Assembly (NCBI RefSeq): GCF_963921235.1
Contig: NC_086108.1
Location: 41,108,001 to 41,172,000, forward strand
Direction of reading: 5' to 3'
Origin: Mobula hypostoma
Taxonomy: Eukaryota
Length of the DNA: 64,000 nt
In this document: positions 25,955-39,532 of the stretch, piece after piece
How the letters are laid out: each line of letters opens with the position of its first letter
Numbering within the stretch: position 1 is the first letter of the stretch
Made by a program: the position numbers and the translations under genes
The notes under the pieces: model-generated
The model's database searches: none
Told to the model about the DNA's origin: nothing
Seen by the model: the letters and a program-made list of their open reading frames with translations, nothing else

Positions 25955-27286
25955 CATAGGACATAGAACATAGAATAGTACAGCACAGTACAGGCCCTTC
26001 CGCCCACAATGTTGTGCCACCCTCAAACCCTGCCTCCCATATAAGCCCTCACCTTAAATTCCTCTATGTACCTGTCTAGTAATCTCTTAAACTTCACTAG
26101 TGTATCTGCCTCCACCACTGACTCAGGCAGTGCATTCCATGCACCAACCACTCTTTGAGTAAAAAACCTTTCTCTAATATCCCCCTTGAACTTCCCACCC
26201 CTTACCATAAAGCCATGTCCTCTTGTATTGAGCAGTGGTGCCCTGAGGAAGAGGCGCTGGCTATCCACTCTATCTATTCCTCTTATCATCTTGTACACCT
26301 CTATCATGTCTCCTCTCATCCTCCTTCTCTCCAAAGAGTAAAGCCCTAGCTCCCTTAACCTCTGATCATAATGCATACTCTCTAAATCAGGCAGCATCCT
26401 GGTAAATCTCCTCTGTACCTTTTCCAATGCTTCCACATCCTTCCTATAGTGAGGAAACCAGAACTGGACACAGTACTCCAAGTGTGGCCTAACCAGAGTT
26501 TTATAGAGCTGTATCATTACATTGCGACTCTTAAACTCTATCCCTCGACTTATGAAAGCTAACATCCCATAAGCTTTCTTAACTACCCCATCCACCTGTG
26601 AGGCAACTTTCAGCGATCTGTGGACATGTACCCCCAGATCCCTCTGCTCCTCCACACTACCAAGTATCCTGCCATTTACTTTGTACTCTGCCTTGGAGTT
26701 TGTCCTTCCAAAGTGTACCACCTCACACTTCTCCGGATTGAACTCCATCTGCCACTTCTCAGCCCACTTCTGCATCCTATTAATGTCTCTCTGCAGTCTT
26801 TGACAATCCTCTACACTACCTACAACACCACCAACCTTTGTGTCGTCTGCAAACTTGCCAACCCATCCTTCTACCCCCACATCCAGGTCGTTAATAAAAA
26901 TCACGAAGAGTAGAGGTTCCAGAACTGATCCTTGTGGGACACCACTAGTCACAATCCTCCAATCTGAATGTACTCCCTCCACCACGACCCTCTGCCTTCT
27001 GCAGGCAAGCCAATTCTGAATCCGCCTGGCCAAACTTCCCTGGATCCCATGCCTTCTGACTTTCTGAATAAGCCTACCGTGTGGAACCTTACCAAATGCC
27101 TTACTGAAATCCATATAGATCACATCCACTGCACTACCCTCATCTATATGCCTGGTCACCTCCTCAAAGAACTCTATCAGGCTTGTTAGACATGATCTGC
27201 CCTTCACAAAGTCATGCTGACTGCCCCTGATCAGACCATGATTCTCTAAATGCCCAGAGATCCTATCTCTAAGAATCTTTTCCATA
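25955..27286 (-). mobile_element. Young 5'-truncated CR1 LINE
   Basis: Uninterrupted 420-aa RT ORF at 26023-27285 and a (TTCTATG)n-type tail at 25955-25976. Confidence 0.95.
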
Positions 27287-27553
27287 TCCTTTTCAACATT
27301 TTCAGCAAGATTAGTGTATTATTTTTGTGTTGTACAATTTTAGAGTGAAAAAAAGAAAGGAGAACCATGCAAAAGTTTGGGCGCCCCAAGAGATTTGAGC
27401 TCTCAGATAACTTTTACCAGGGTCTCAGATATTAAATAGCTTGTTAGGGCTATAGCTTGTTCACAGTCATCATTAGGAAAGGCCAGGTGATGCAAGTTTC
27501 AAAGCTTTACAAATACACTGACTCCTCAAACCTTGTCCCAACAATCAGCAGCC

Positions 27554-28569
27554 ATGGGGTCCTCTAAGCAGCTGCCTAACACACTGAAAATTAAAATAAA
27601 TGATGCCCAAAAAGCAGGAGAAGGCTATAAGAAGATAGCAAAGTGTTTTCAGGTAGCCGTTCCCTCAGTTCGTAATGTAATTAAGAAATGGCAGTTAACA
27701 GGAGCGGTGCAGGTCAAGTTAAGGTCTGGAAGACCAAGAAAACTTTCCAAGAGAACTGCTTGTAGAGTTGCTAGAAAGGCAAATTAAAACTCCTGTTTGA
27801 CTGCAAAAGACCTTCAGAAAGATTTAGCAGACTCTGGAGTGCACTGTTCTATTGTGCAGTGACACCTACACAAATACGACCTTCATGGAACAGTCATCAG
27901 AAGAAAACCTTTCCTGCATCCTCACCACAAAATTCAGCATCAGAAGTTTGCAAAGGAACATCTAAACAACCCTGATGCATTTTGGAAACAAGTCCTGTGG
28001 ACTGATGAAGTTAAAATAGAACTTTCTGGCCAAAATGAGCAAAGGTATGTTTGGAGAAAAAAGGGTGCAGAATTTCATAAAAAGATCACCTCTCCAACTG
28101 TTAAGCACAGGGGTGGATCGATCATGCTTTGGGCTTGTGTGGCAGCCAATGGCATGGGGAATATTTTGCTGGTAGAGGGAAGAATGAATTCAATTAAATA
28201 CCGGCAAATTCTGGAAGCAAACATCACACCGTCTGTAAAAAAGCCGAAGATGAAAAGAGGATGGCTTCTACAACAGGATAATGATCCTAAACACACCTCA
28301 AAATTTACAATGAACTACCTCAAGAGGCACAAGCTGAAGGTTTTGCCATGGCCCTCACAGTCCCTGACCTAAACATCATCGAAAATCTGTGGATAGACCT
28401 CAAAAGAGCAGTGTATACAAGACAGCCCAAGAATCTCACAGAACCAGAAGACTTTTGCAAGGAAGAATGGGCAAAAATCCCCCAAACAAGAATTCAAAGA
28501 CTCTTAGCTGGCTAGAGAAAGCGTTTACAAGCTGCAATACTTGCCAGAGGGGTTGTTACTAATTACTGA
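27554..28569 (+). pseudogene. Tc1 transposase, disrupted
   Basis: MGSSKQL...GEGYKKIAK...RSGRPRK, then WTDE, QQDNDPKH and WPSQS.DLNIIENLW (DDE triad), with stops and frameshifts. Confidence 0.92.
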
Positions 28570-29554
28570 CAATGCAGGGTGTCCACACTTTTGCTTCAGG
28601 CCCTTTTTCTTTTTTGTTATTTTGAAACTGTAAAAGATGGAAATAAAAAAGTTTTCTTCCTTAAAATATTAAAGAAATGTGTCATCTTTATGACTTTTGG
28701 AGATCGGTTCATCTTCTACTCACTTAACTATTTAGAGTAACGGAAATTTTGACCAGGGTGCCCAAACTTTTGCATGCCACTGTAAGTCTGCCCTGTTTTG
28801 ACATAGCTCTTGGAACTTTGATACATGTTGTTCTTGTTATAAAGGCCTGAAAAACAAAGTTACCCATACAATTAGAGTTCCCGAGAAAGCCGGCACAGCA
28901 CCGGTCAGCTGGATTCATCAGGGCAAGAATGACAGGTGTCCGTTGCAGAATCATTCCATGTGACATTTGTTGGCAGTAGTATTGTGAAGTAGGAAGTTTA
29001 CAGAGTGAAGAGTGACATAACTCTGTCATTTTGCCAGACAGCCAGCAAGGAGGTTATCTGACAAGTTGTTTCCCAGGCCAAGTCCCTTTAAAAAAGTCAG
29101 TGCAACAACAATTTCATCTCTGGAATGTTGCTTCTTTTATTGCCATGCTTGGTAAGCATTCATTGTTATCCTTTAAATGTTTTTAAATTAATCCGAACAA
29201 TGTGGCTAGTGCAATGATTTATTTCAGCAATTTCTGCCAGCTTTATAATCATTTCCAGATTGAATGGAAATTTGCAAACTGCCATGGTGGATTTGAATTG
29301 TGAATTTTGGGATTATTAATTCCAGGTCTCCAGACGATCAAACCAGTAACATAACCACTGCAGCAACATACACTTGAGTGCTCAAGGTGAGACAACAAAA
29401 TAAGGGGCATGGGATAATGAGGGGATCATTTATGATGCAGATATTTGAAGCAAACACTTTGCTACAAAAAGCTGTGTTTTTTTCTTACATTGCTAACTTC
29501 CCTCATTAGGCCAATTGTGACCCGCTGAAGTACTCACTGTCTTTAGTTGGTCAT

Positions 29555-29855
29555 ACAATCATAGAGAGATACAGCATAGGATCAGGCCCTACAGTCCACC
29601 AAGTCTGTGCCGACCATCAGCCATCCACTTACACGAATCCTACAATAATCTTTTTTTTTATATTTCCCAGACTCTCATCAACTCCCCCCTGATTCTACTG
29701 TTCACCTACCAGGGGTCAAGTAAAACTTACCACCTCCTCATCTTTGGAATGTGGCAGGATGCAGGGGCACTTGGGGAAAACCCATGCAGCCAGTTGGAGA
29801 ACATACAAATTCCACAGAGACTGCACCCAAAGTCCAGGATTGAATCCAGGTCTGA
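29555..29855 (-). mobile_element. V-SINE/HE1-like SINE
   Basis: The minus strand reads GGATTCAATCC (B box) then TGTGGAATTTGTATGTTCTCC...GGGTTTTCCCCAAGTGCCCC...CCACATTCCAAAGA (V-domain-like), followed by a CR1-like tail. Confidence 0.7.
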
Positions 29856-29974
29856 GATAGAATTATAGAATCTTGGAGCATGAAAACAAGCAACTCATTC
29901 CAACTTGACAATGCCAACTAGAGGGCACTTTTCAGTATTAATCCCTATCCAGTATTCCCACTCAGGGAATTCTC

Positions 29975-32900
29975 TTCTACATGGGTGTGTTTAAACTAAG
30001 TGGTGGGTGGGAGGGGATGAACTGGAAATATAAGGATGGAGTTAAAGGGAGAGTGAGAATAAGAAAAGTTAAGAAAGACGGCAGAATCAACAGAGCAGAA
30101 AGCTCAAGAAGGGATCGTACAGTATGGCCAAGTGAAATAGGAATTGATATGAAAGGTGAGGGGGGTAATGAATTAAAAATATTATATATGAATGCACGGA
30201 GTATAAGAAATAAAGTGGATGAGCTTGAGGCTCAGTTGGAAATTGGCAAGTATGATGTTGTGGGAATAACAGAGACATGGCTTCAAGTGGACAGGGCCTG
30301 GGAAATGAATATTCAAGGGTATACGTCCTATCAAAAGGACAGACTGATGGGCAGAGGGGGTGGGGTGGCTCTGTTGGTGAGGAATGATATTCAGTCCCTT
30401 GCGAGGGGGGACATAGAATCGGGAGACGTAGAGTCAGTATGGATAGAACTGAGAAATTCTAAGGGTAGGAAGACCCTAATGGGAGTTAGCTACAGGCCCC
30501 CAAACAGTAATCTGGATGTAGGGTGTAAGTAAAATCAAGAGTTAAAATTGGCATGTAGAAAAGGTAATGCTACAGTTGTTATGGGGGATTTTAACATGCA
30601 GGTAGACTGGAAGGATCAGGTTGGTACTGGACCCCAAGAAAGGGAGTTTGTGGAGTCCCTCCGAGATGAATTCTTAAAACAGCTTGTATTGGAGCCTATC
30701 AGAGAGAAGGCAATTCTAAAATTAGTGTTGTGCAATGAACTGGATTTGATCAAGGACCTCGAGGTAAAGGAGCCATTAGGAGGTAGTGACCATAATATGA
30801 TAAGTTTTAATCTACAAATTGAGAGGGAGAATGGAAAATCGGAAGTGTCAGTATTACAATTGAACAAAGGGAACTATGGTGCTATGAGGGAGGAGCTGGC
30901 CAAAGTTCAATGGAACAATACCCTAGCAGGGATGACAGTAGAACAACAATGGCAGATATTTCTGGGAACAATGCAGAAGGTGCAGGATCAGTTCATTCCA
31001 AAGAGGAAGTAAGATCCTAAGGGGAGTAAGGGGAGGCCGTGGCTGACAAGGGAAGTAATGGACAGTATAAAAATAAAAGAGAAGAAGTATAACATAGCAA
31101 AGATAAGTGGGAAGCCAGAGGATTGGGAAACTTTTAAAGAGCAACAAAAGATAACTAAAAAGGCAATACGCAGAGAAAAAATGAGGTACGAAGGTAAACT
31201 AGCCAAGAATATAAAGGAGGATAGTAAATGCTCCTTTCGGTATGTGAAAAGGAAAAAAATAGTTAAGACCAAAATTGGGCCATTGAAGCCAGAAACAGGT
31301 GAATTTATTATGGTGAACAAGGAAATGGCAGATGAGTTGAACAGGTACCTTGGATCTGTCTTCACTAGGGAAGACACAAACAATCTCCCAGATATAATAG
31401 TGGTCAAAGGACCTAGGGTAATGGATGAACTGAAGGAAATTTATATTAGGCAGGAAATGGTGTTGGATAGGCTGCTGGGTCTGAAGTCTGATAAGTCCCT
31501 GGGACCTGATGGTCTGCATCCCAGGGTGCTTAAGGAGGTGGCTTTAGAAATCATGGACTCATTGGTAATCATTTTCCAATGTTCTATAGATTCAGGATCA
31601 GTTCCTGTGGATTGGAGAGTGTCTAAAGTTGTCCCACTTTTCAAGAAAGGAGGGAGAGAGAAAACAGAGAATTATAGGCCGGTTAGCCTGACGTCAGTGG
31701 TGGGAAGGATGCTGGAGTCAATTATAAAAGATGAAATTAGGACACATTTGGATGGCAGTAACAGGATAGGTCTGAGTCAGCATGGATTTATGAAGGGGAA
31801 ATCATGCTTGACTAATCTCCTGGAATTTTTTGAGGATGTAACTATGAAAATGGACAAAGGAGAGCCAATGGATGTAGTGTACCTGGACTTCTAGAAAGCC
31901 TTTGATAAAGTCCCACATAGGAGATTAGTGGGCAAAATTAGTGCACATGGTATTGTGGACAGAGTACTGACATGGATTGAAAATTGGCTGGCTGACAGAA
32001 AACAAAGAGTAGCGATTAACGGGTCCCTTTCGGAATGGCAGGCAGTGACCAGTGGTGTACCATAGGGTTCAGTGCTGGGACCGCAGCTGTTTACAATATA
32101 TATTAATGATTTAGATGAAGGGATTGAAAGTAACATTGGCACATTTGCAGATGACACAAAGCTGGGTGGTAGTGTGAAATGTGAGGAGGATGTTATGAGA
32201 ATGCAGGGTGACTTGGACAGGCTGGGTGAGTGGGCGGATGCATGGCAGATGCAGTTTAAAGTGGATAAATGTGAGGTTATCCACTTTGGTGGTAAGAACA
32301 GGAAGGCAGATTATTATCTAAATAGAGTCAAGTTAGGAAAAGGGGAAGTACAACGAGATCTAGGTGTTCTTGTACACCAGTCACTGAAAGCAAGCATGCA
32401 GGTACAGCAGACAGTGAAGAAAGCTACACACATTAAAGTTGCTGAAGAACGCAGCAGGCCAGGCAGCATCGCTAGGAAGAGGTACAGTTGACGTTTCGGG
32501 CCAAGACCCTTTGTCAGGACTAACTGAAAGAAGAGCTAGTCAGAGATTTGAAAGTGGGAGAGGGAGGGGGAGATCCGAAATGATAGGAGAAGACAGGAGG
32601 GGGAGGGATGGAGCCAGGAGCTGGACAGTTGATTGGCAAAAGGGATATGAGAGGATCATGGGACAGGAGGCCTAGGGAGAAAGAAAAGGGGGAGGGGAGG
32701 AAAAACCCAGAGGATGGGCAAGGAGTATAGTGAGAGGGACAGTGGGAGAAAAAGGAGAGAGAGAGAAAGAAAAAGAATGTGTGTATATAAATAAATAATG
32801 GATGGGGTACGAGGGGAAGGTGGGGCATTAGCGGAAGTTTGAGAAGTCAATGTTCATGCCATCAGGTTGGAGGCTACACAGATGGAATATAATGTGTTGT

Positions 32901-33683
32901 TCCTCCAACCTGAGTGTGGCTTCATCTTTACAGTAGAGGAAGCCATATATCAGAATGGGAATGGGACGTGGAATTAAAATGTGTGGCCACTGGGAGATCC
33001 TGCTTTCTCTGGCGGACAGACTGAAGAAAGCTATTGGCATGCTGGCCTTCATAACAAGTGGAATTGAGTATAGGAGCAAAGAGGTCCTTCTGCAGCTGTA
33101 CAGGGCCCTGGTGAGACCACACCTGGAGTACTGTGTACAGTTTTGGTCTCCAAATTTCAGGAAGGACATTCTTACTATTGAAGGAATGCAGCGTACGTTC
33201 ACAAGGTTAATTCCAGGGATGGCGGGACTGTCATATGTTGAACAATTGGAGCAAATGGGCTTGTATACACTGGAATTTAGAAGGATGAGAGGGGATCTTA
33301 TTGAAACATATAAGATTATTAAGGGATTGGACACGCTGGAGGCAGGAAGCACTTTCCCACTGATGGGTAAGTCCAGAAACAGAGGCCACAGTTTAAGAAT
33401 AAGGGGTAGGCCATTTAGAACGGAGTTGAGGGAAAACTTTTTCACCCAGAGAGTGGTGGATATATGGAATGCTCTGCCCCAGAAGGCTGTGGAGGCCAAG
33501 TCTCTGGATGCTTTCAAGAAAGAGATGGATAGAGCTCTTAAAGATAGCAGACTCAAAGGTTATGTGGATAAGGCAGGAACTGGATACTGATTGTGGATGA
33601 TCAGCCATGATCACAGTGAATGGCGATGCTGGCTCCAAGGGCCGAATGGCCTACTCCTGCACCTATTGTCTATTGTCTATTGT
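29975..33683 (+). mobile_element. Near full-length CR1 ORF2 (APE endonuclease plus RT), interrupted by a Penelope fragment
   Basis: YMNARSIRNK, GITETWL, YRPPNS, MGDFN, GSDHN, GPDGLHP and FADDTKL motifs. (CTATTGT)n tail at 33663-33683. Few stops. Confidence 0.95.
32427..33021 (-). mobile_element. Penelope-like 3' fragment inserted in CR1
   Basis: Flanked by the 12-bp duplication TGAAGAAAGCTA (32415-32426 and 33022-33033). Encodes LPVATHFNS and RLEEQHIIFHLCSLQPDGMNIDF (GIY-YIG C-terminus) plus a pseudo-LTR. Confidence 0.9.
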
Positions 33684-35044
33684 CATCCATGGTTCCAATG
33701 CCTTGTTTATCATTGTGAAATCACTCTGTTTTCTTGGGGCCTCCCTTTTGATAATCTGGTTAATCCTGCCAATGAATCCCCTATCCCTGCTCGATTCCCA
33801 GAGCCTGCAAATTTTTCCCTGTCAAAGACTGATTCATATTCCTTTGGGAAGTTATCATTTGGTCCACATCTTCCACTTTTTAAAAGCCAGGGGCCCATCA
33901 GTTACCTTAGATTGGCTCTCTAGTTGTTTGACCCAGCCAATCTGCGTCTTCTTGTTACCTGTCCTTTTGCCAAATGAAACAATGCTTCTTTTCTTTCTCA
34001 AAATCCCATATATTTGTGGCAATTTCATAGAGAGATCCTCAGAACAGCCCCAGTGTTTCTAGTTTGCAGTATAATTTGAATGTCACTTCAATACTAGCTA
34101 CACCATTGGCACCCATCATGTGTGGACAGGAGCTTGAAGACTGAAAGCTCACCAGTGCTGACTGGACATGCATTCTCCAGAAAGCCACTCATTATTTTAA
34201 TCACAACTACAACTCACAGGCAAATATTTCCTTTTAAATTAATTTATTTTCATAATATACTCCTGGCAATCATTTGAAATCAGCACCTATGCAAATACAT
34301 AAGGCAAAGACATTAATAATGAAGACTGTACATCCAAAATGTCTTCAATACAGCTGTCTCTTAATATTTAGAAGTTAATGTGCACCAAAGCATCAACTAG
34401 TTCAGGAATTTGACAGCTATTGGACTGCCTTTTACTTGGTGGTAGATTCAGGAATAATAATGGGCCTTTCTCATTATATCATTATGTGCTGGTCACATAA
34501 TTAACGTTTGTTTGAGTCATGATTGATACTCCAGAGAGTTGAGCTACCACTGGCTCATTGTGTTCTTTACCGTAATCGCCATTAAAAAAGAAAACCATTA
34601 ATTGTGGGGTTGGTAGTTAGCAGTGTTGATAATGAAAGGTTGCTCCTGTTCCCTTTAACCATTGGGTCCCAAGGTAGAAAATACTTGCAGAATGTCCATT
34701 AACATCTGGCCACAAGTCTTTAAAGGAATTTGGCCCTCAGATTACAAAGTGCAAGAGACTTCAATTTTGTTCCAATAATGTAATATAAATGATCGGTATA
34801 CTTGAAATGGATTGACAGCTGTCACGAGGTAAAGCTGCTTAATCCATTGTTCTCCTATTTCATTTCAATAAAGAGTGCAGCTGAGCTTTCTATGTGTTCA
34901 GGAGAGGACTTGTTTCGATTGCTGATGCTCCAAGACTTGCCATGTTGAATTCATTGAGGTCCCCACAAAATAAATAATGGTGTTTATATCAATGGCTGTT
35001 TCTCAGCCAGTATTGCCTTCTAGGTCCTATCCAGCAGAGCAATT

Positions 35045-36520
35045 ATAGAGTCTTAGAGCAAAACAGCTTTGACACAAGTCCTTCAGTCCAACGAGTTCAA
35101 GCCATTAATGGTGTCCACTCAGTTAGTCCTAACTTCCTGCATTCAGAAATTTCCTCTAGTCCCAGCAGCATTCTCATAAATAATTTCTGCACTCTTTCCA
35201 GTTGAACTAGGTCTTTCCTATATCAGGGTGACCAAAGCTGTATACACCACTCCAAAGTACAACCTCATGAACAATCTCTAAAACTGCAGCATAATGTCCC
35301 AACTCCTATACTTAGCACCCCGATTAATGAAGGCCAGAATACTAAATGCCTTTTTCACCACCTGTCTCCCTGCGATGACACCTTCTACTAACTATATACT
35401 GTCAATACTTCTCGTCAACCAAGATTTCCTAAACTTGCCATGTTTACTCTTCATGCTAATCATAAAAATTTTCCCTAAAACAGCTTTTAAAAGCCTCTAA
35501 TTTGATATTCACTCCTTTCCTTTCAAATATGCTCATCCAATCCACCTGTTTTAGATCCTGCCTAATTCCCACAATATTAACCTTATTCTATATTAGTATC
35601 CTAACCTGCGAATACCCCTGTTGTTTTCCATCACCATCTTAAAATTAATAAAGCAATAGTTGCTAGAGCTGCAGTCTCCCAGAATACTACTTCAGTTACT
35701 CACCATGTCTTGATCCCCAAGTAGAGGTCCAACATTGCACTCTATTTACCCAGAAAACTTTTCTAGACCTATTTCACCGATCCTGTCTCATCTAAGACCT
35801 TAACACTGTGGATAGTCCAGTCAATATGGGGAAGTTAAAATCTGCCACTAAAGCAACTAAGAAATTTCTCTATACATCTGCTCCTCAAGTTTCCCCGACT
35901 ATAAGGGGGAGGGAGGGTCTATAATTCAGAGTCACCATAGTGATACTCCCCTTCTTGTTCCTCAGTTCTACCCATATAGCCTCGCTGGACAATAATGTTA
36001 TTTCTACTTTACTGTTATGTCCTCCCTTATCAAAGATGCAAAGATACTGTTATGTCCTTCCTTCCTCCCTTGCCTGTATCTCTGTAAAGCCAGTCACATC
36101 TGTATCCTGAAATACTGAACTGCCAGTCCTGCCTTTCTCTCAGCCCTCTTTCTGTTACAGGTATAACATGCCAGTTCTGAAAGCAAATCCATGCTCTTAG
36201 TTTGTTCGCCTTACATGTTAAAATTGAAATAAATGCAGTTTAAGTGGGTATTCTCTACTCTCTCTTTACTGCGTCCCTGGCTATCCTAATTACTAAACCT
36301 GTCTTTGCTGGTGTACCCATGAATTTCTCCTGTTCAGAATCCCAGCCCTCTGCAAAGGCAAGTTTCTCTGGAAGGATATTGGTCCCTCTCAGGTTCAAAT
36401 GCAAACAGTCCCTCTTGCACAGATTGTTTGTACTCCGGAAGATATCACAGTGGTCCAATGACCCAAATGCCTAACCCTGTACCATTTCCCCAGTCACAAA
36501 TTCATCTTGCCAATCTTTCT
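35045..36520 (-). mobile_element. Old, internally deleted CR1 including an ORF1 esterase remnant
   Basis: RDCLHLNLRGTNIL (SGNH-esterase-like DxxH) at 36255-36458, with endonuclease and 3' remnants downstream. Confidence 0.7.
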
Positions 36521-36526
36521 AGTTCC

Positions 36527-37520
36527 TTTTTTTTTAATACGTTATTTTCAAAATTTTCAAAATACAATGAAATCAACAAGAACATATAAGCTCAGACATG
36601 TGTAAAAATAAAATAAGGGAAAAAAGGGACATAACATTAGAGGGATGCCTATTGTACAAAGTGCTCGAAAGTGCAAAACATTAAGTCTCAAGTGATGGCT
36701 GTGAGAAATCAGCTGGGGGGAAATTATTCATCGGCCCTCGGCCTCATCCAGATAAGCAAGAAATGGATGCCAGATAGTCGAAAATTTTACAATTGAATTG
36801 GTTCTCAAGAACCTGAGTCTCTCCATCTGTATGACTGAGATTATGTCAGCCATCCATCTCTGAAAGGAAAGGGGAGAGGGTGATTTCCATTCCTTCAAGG
36901 TAAGTATTTCGGCGACAATCATCCGCAGCATTAGAGACTGTTGTATGGCTGCAGGGAAACAAATAGTAGATTGCGTACAGCCAAAGCTGGCAAGACCAGC
37001 TTCCGAGGGGAAGGATCTTTTATAGGCCTTTGAGTACCAGTCGAATATTTTGGACCAAAATCCAGTCAGTGTTGGGAAAAACCAAAAGGTGTGTGACAAC
37101 GTGGCCTCCATCCCTTGTCATCTATCACACATTGGCGAGACAGAAGGGTAAATCCTGTACAATCTCAGTCTAGAGTAGTGAAGACGGTGGACAGCTTTAA
37201 ACTGGATCGGTTGGTGCCTGCTGTTAACAGAACAAGCCTGCATCATAGACAAACTCTTGTCCAAGGCAGCTTCAGATAGTTCAATGCCTAATTCTTCTCT
37301 CCAGGCCTCCCTGATCTTCACAGTAGAGGCTATAGTATGACCATCGAACAAACGTACAAACTTAGAATCGAGATGCTTGGAGTCAGGAGGGTTCTTTAAG
37401 ATATCAAAAGATATCTTTCTATTTCTAACCTCGCTAGCGCGTGGCACCAGGAGCAGTCTGGAAATCACTTCTTTTAAGGTACCACTTTTTACCCACCTGC
37501 CAATACTCATTCTGTTCAAT
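36527..37520 (-). mobile_element. L1/Tx1-clade LINE 3' fragment
   Basis: IQFKAVHRLHYS...MCDR / ATLSHTFWF...FW (zf-RVT/CCHC region). T tract at 36527-36535 is a poly(A) tail on the minus strand. Confidence 0.85.
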
Positions 37521-37606
37521 ATACTCACTTTCCAATTAAGTTGTCTGAATCTTATATTACAGAGTCCCTCTTAGTGCATGATGTTTGAGTCTGCATGCTG
37601 GACTTC

Positions 37607-38045
37607 AAAGTTGAGTTTATTGGCATATGCACAAGTACAGTACACATGTATGCACAAGTAAAATGAGAAACTTAATTACTGCAGCATCACAAGGACATAG
37701 TAGCATATACAAAAAGCGGCATTAACAAGACCAACATAAATAATGCACAATTTTTACAAGAAAGTGTAAAGTGATCAAAGTTGTCTTTAGTGTTGCTGAA
37801 ATGTAGTGATTAAAGTTTTGCCAATTGGTTCAAGAACTGAATTGTTGAAGGGAAGTAACTCTTTTTGAACCTGATGGTGTGAGAATTCAGGCCTCTCCAT
37901 CCCTTGCCTGATGATGGCTGTGAGAAGACGTCATGGACTGGATGGTGGGAATTTTTGATGATATGTAAATGTTGCCTTCTTGATGCAGTGCCTTCTGTAG
38001 ATACAACCAAAGGTGGGGAGCCGTGTGCCCATGATCTGTGGCAGT
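37607..38045 (-). mobile_element. Rex1/Babar 3' remnant
   Basis: IIKNSHHPVHDVFSQPSSGKGWR...RFKKSYFPSTIQFLN. Confidence 0.7.
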
Positions 38046-38049
38046 GGAG

Positions 38050-39010
38050 CAAAGGTGCTCGAAGAAGCATTTCCCCAGTCTACAAGCACAGAGGAGGCCG
38101 CACTGGATGCAGAAGATAACCCCAACAGGCTCGCAGGTGAAGTGTTGCCTCACCTGGAGGGGCCCTGAATGGTAGTGAGGGACGAGGAGCAGGAACATGT
38201 GTAGTGCAGGTTCTACTCGCAGAGATAAGTGCCAGGAGGGAAATCAGTGGGGACAGACGAGTGAACAAGGGAGTCACATAGAGAATAATTCCTCACAGAA
38301 AGTGGGAATGCAGGGGGTGGGGTGACTGGGGGTTGTGATGAGGAAACATGTGCTTAATGGTGGGATCAAGTTGTAGATGGCAGAAGTAAAGGAGAATAAT
38401 GTGCTGGATAAAAAGGCTTATGGGATGGTAGATAAGGACGAGTGAAAGGAGGATGGGGTGAGGGCAAATGTGCAGGAAATGGAGGAGTTATGGGTATGGG
38501 CAGCATCAATAGTGGTAGAAGAGAAACCCAGTTCATTGAAAAAAGTGAACATCTCAGGTGTTCTAAAATGTAAAGAGTCATCCTGAGAATAAATGTGGCA
38601 GAGATGGATGAACTGAGAAAACTGCATTTTATCAAGTGACAGGATAGAAAGAGGTACAGTCAAGATAGCTGTGAGAGTCAGTAGGTTTGAAAAGAATCAG
38701 CAGATAGTTGGTCTCAAGAGATAGAGGCAGAGAGATTGAGAAAGGGGAGAGAAGTGTTAGAGATAGACTAAGTAAGTTTGAGGGCATCATGGAAGTTGGA
38801 GGCAAAATTGATGAAACTGGCAAGCTCACCATGGGTGCAGGAAGCAGTTGTCAATGTAACATGGAAAGAGTTGGAGAGCGTTACCAGTGTAGACTTAGAA
38901 CATGAGTCTTCTATGTAGCTGATGAAAAGGAAGGCATAACCGAGAACCATGCATGTTCCCATGGTCACAAGTTGGGTTTGGAGAAAGTGGGAGGAACTGA
39001 AAGAGAAAAT
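38050..39010 (-). mobile_element. Decayed Penelope-like element
   Basis: QVRQHFTCEPVGVIFCIQCG (GIY-YIG region), KPTDSHSYLD and GTCM RT remnants. Similar to 5276-5890. Confidence 0.8.
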
Positions 39011-39532
39011 GTCAATGTGTAAGCTTCAGAATATCTTATTTGGCAGAGGACAGAGCAGTAACACAAACAAATTGGGTTTATTTGTCACGGTCCCGACTGT
39101 TAATTCCTCTTATTCTCCTAGTTCCCTTTTCCCCATGTTCTCCTGAGCTCCTTGATTGTGGCAACTGATTCCCATCTAAACCTGCAGCATAAAAACCCCA
39201 GCTTTGCATCCACTCGTTGCCAGATCGTTGCTTCAGCCAGCATGGTAATTCACGTTCCTGACTATTTAGAATGGTGTATTCTAAGTTTTACTTCAGTACT
39301 GAGGTTTACCTGTGTAACTCTGTCTCTCCGTGTCAAGATAAGTATTGCCTACTGTTGGTCTTTCCTTTTGTCACTCCATGTCAAGATAAGGGTTGCCTGC
39401 TGTTTGCCTTTCCATTTAACGCTCCGTGTCAAGATAAGTGTTGCCTACAGCCTGTCTCCTGTTTGCCATTCAGCTCCAGCAACGCCGTGTCAAAAAAGTT
39501 TTGCCTGCCTCCTGCTCTTCTGTTCATCTGCG

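Larger units (their letters stand above)
25843..28782 (+). mobile_element. Tc1-family DNA transposon (IR/DR type) with a CR1 inserted in the left TIR
   Basis: TA|CAGTGGTATGCAAAAGTTTGGGCACCCTGGTCAAAATTTC...GAAATTTTGACCAGGGTGCCCAAACTTTTGCATGCCACTG|TA. Inner direct repeats at about 27367 and 28577. Confidence 0.95.
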
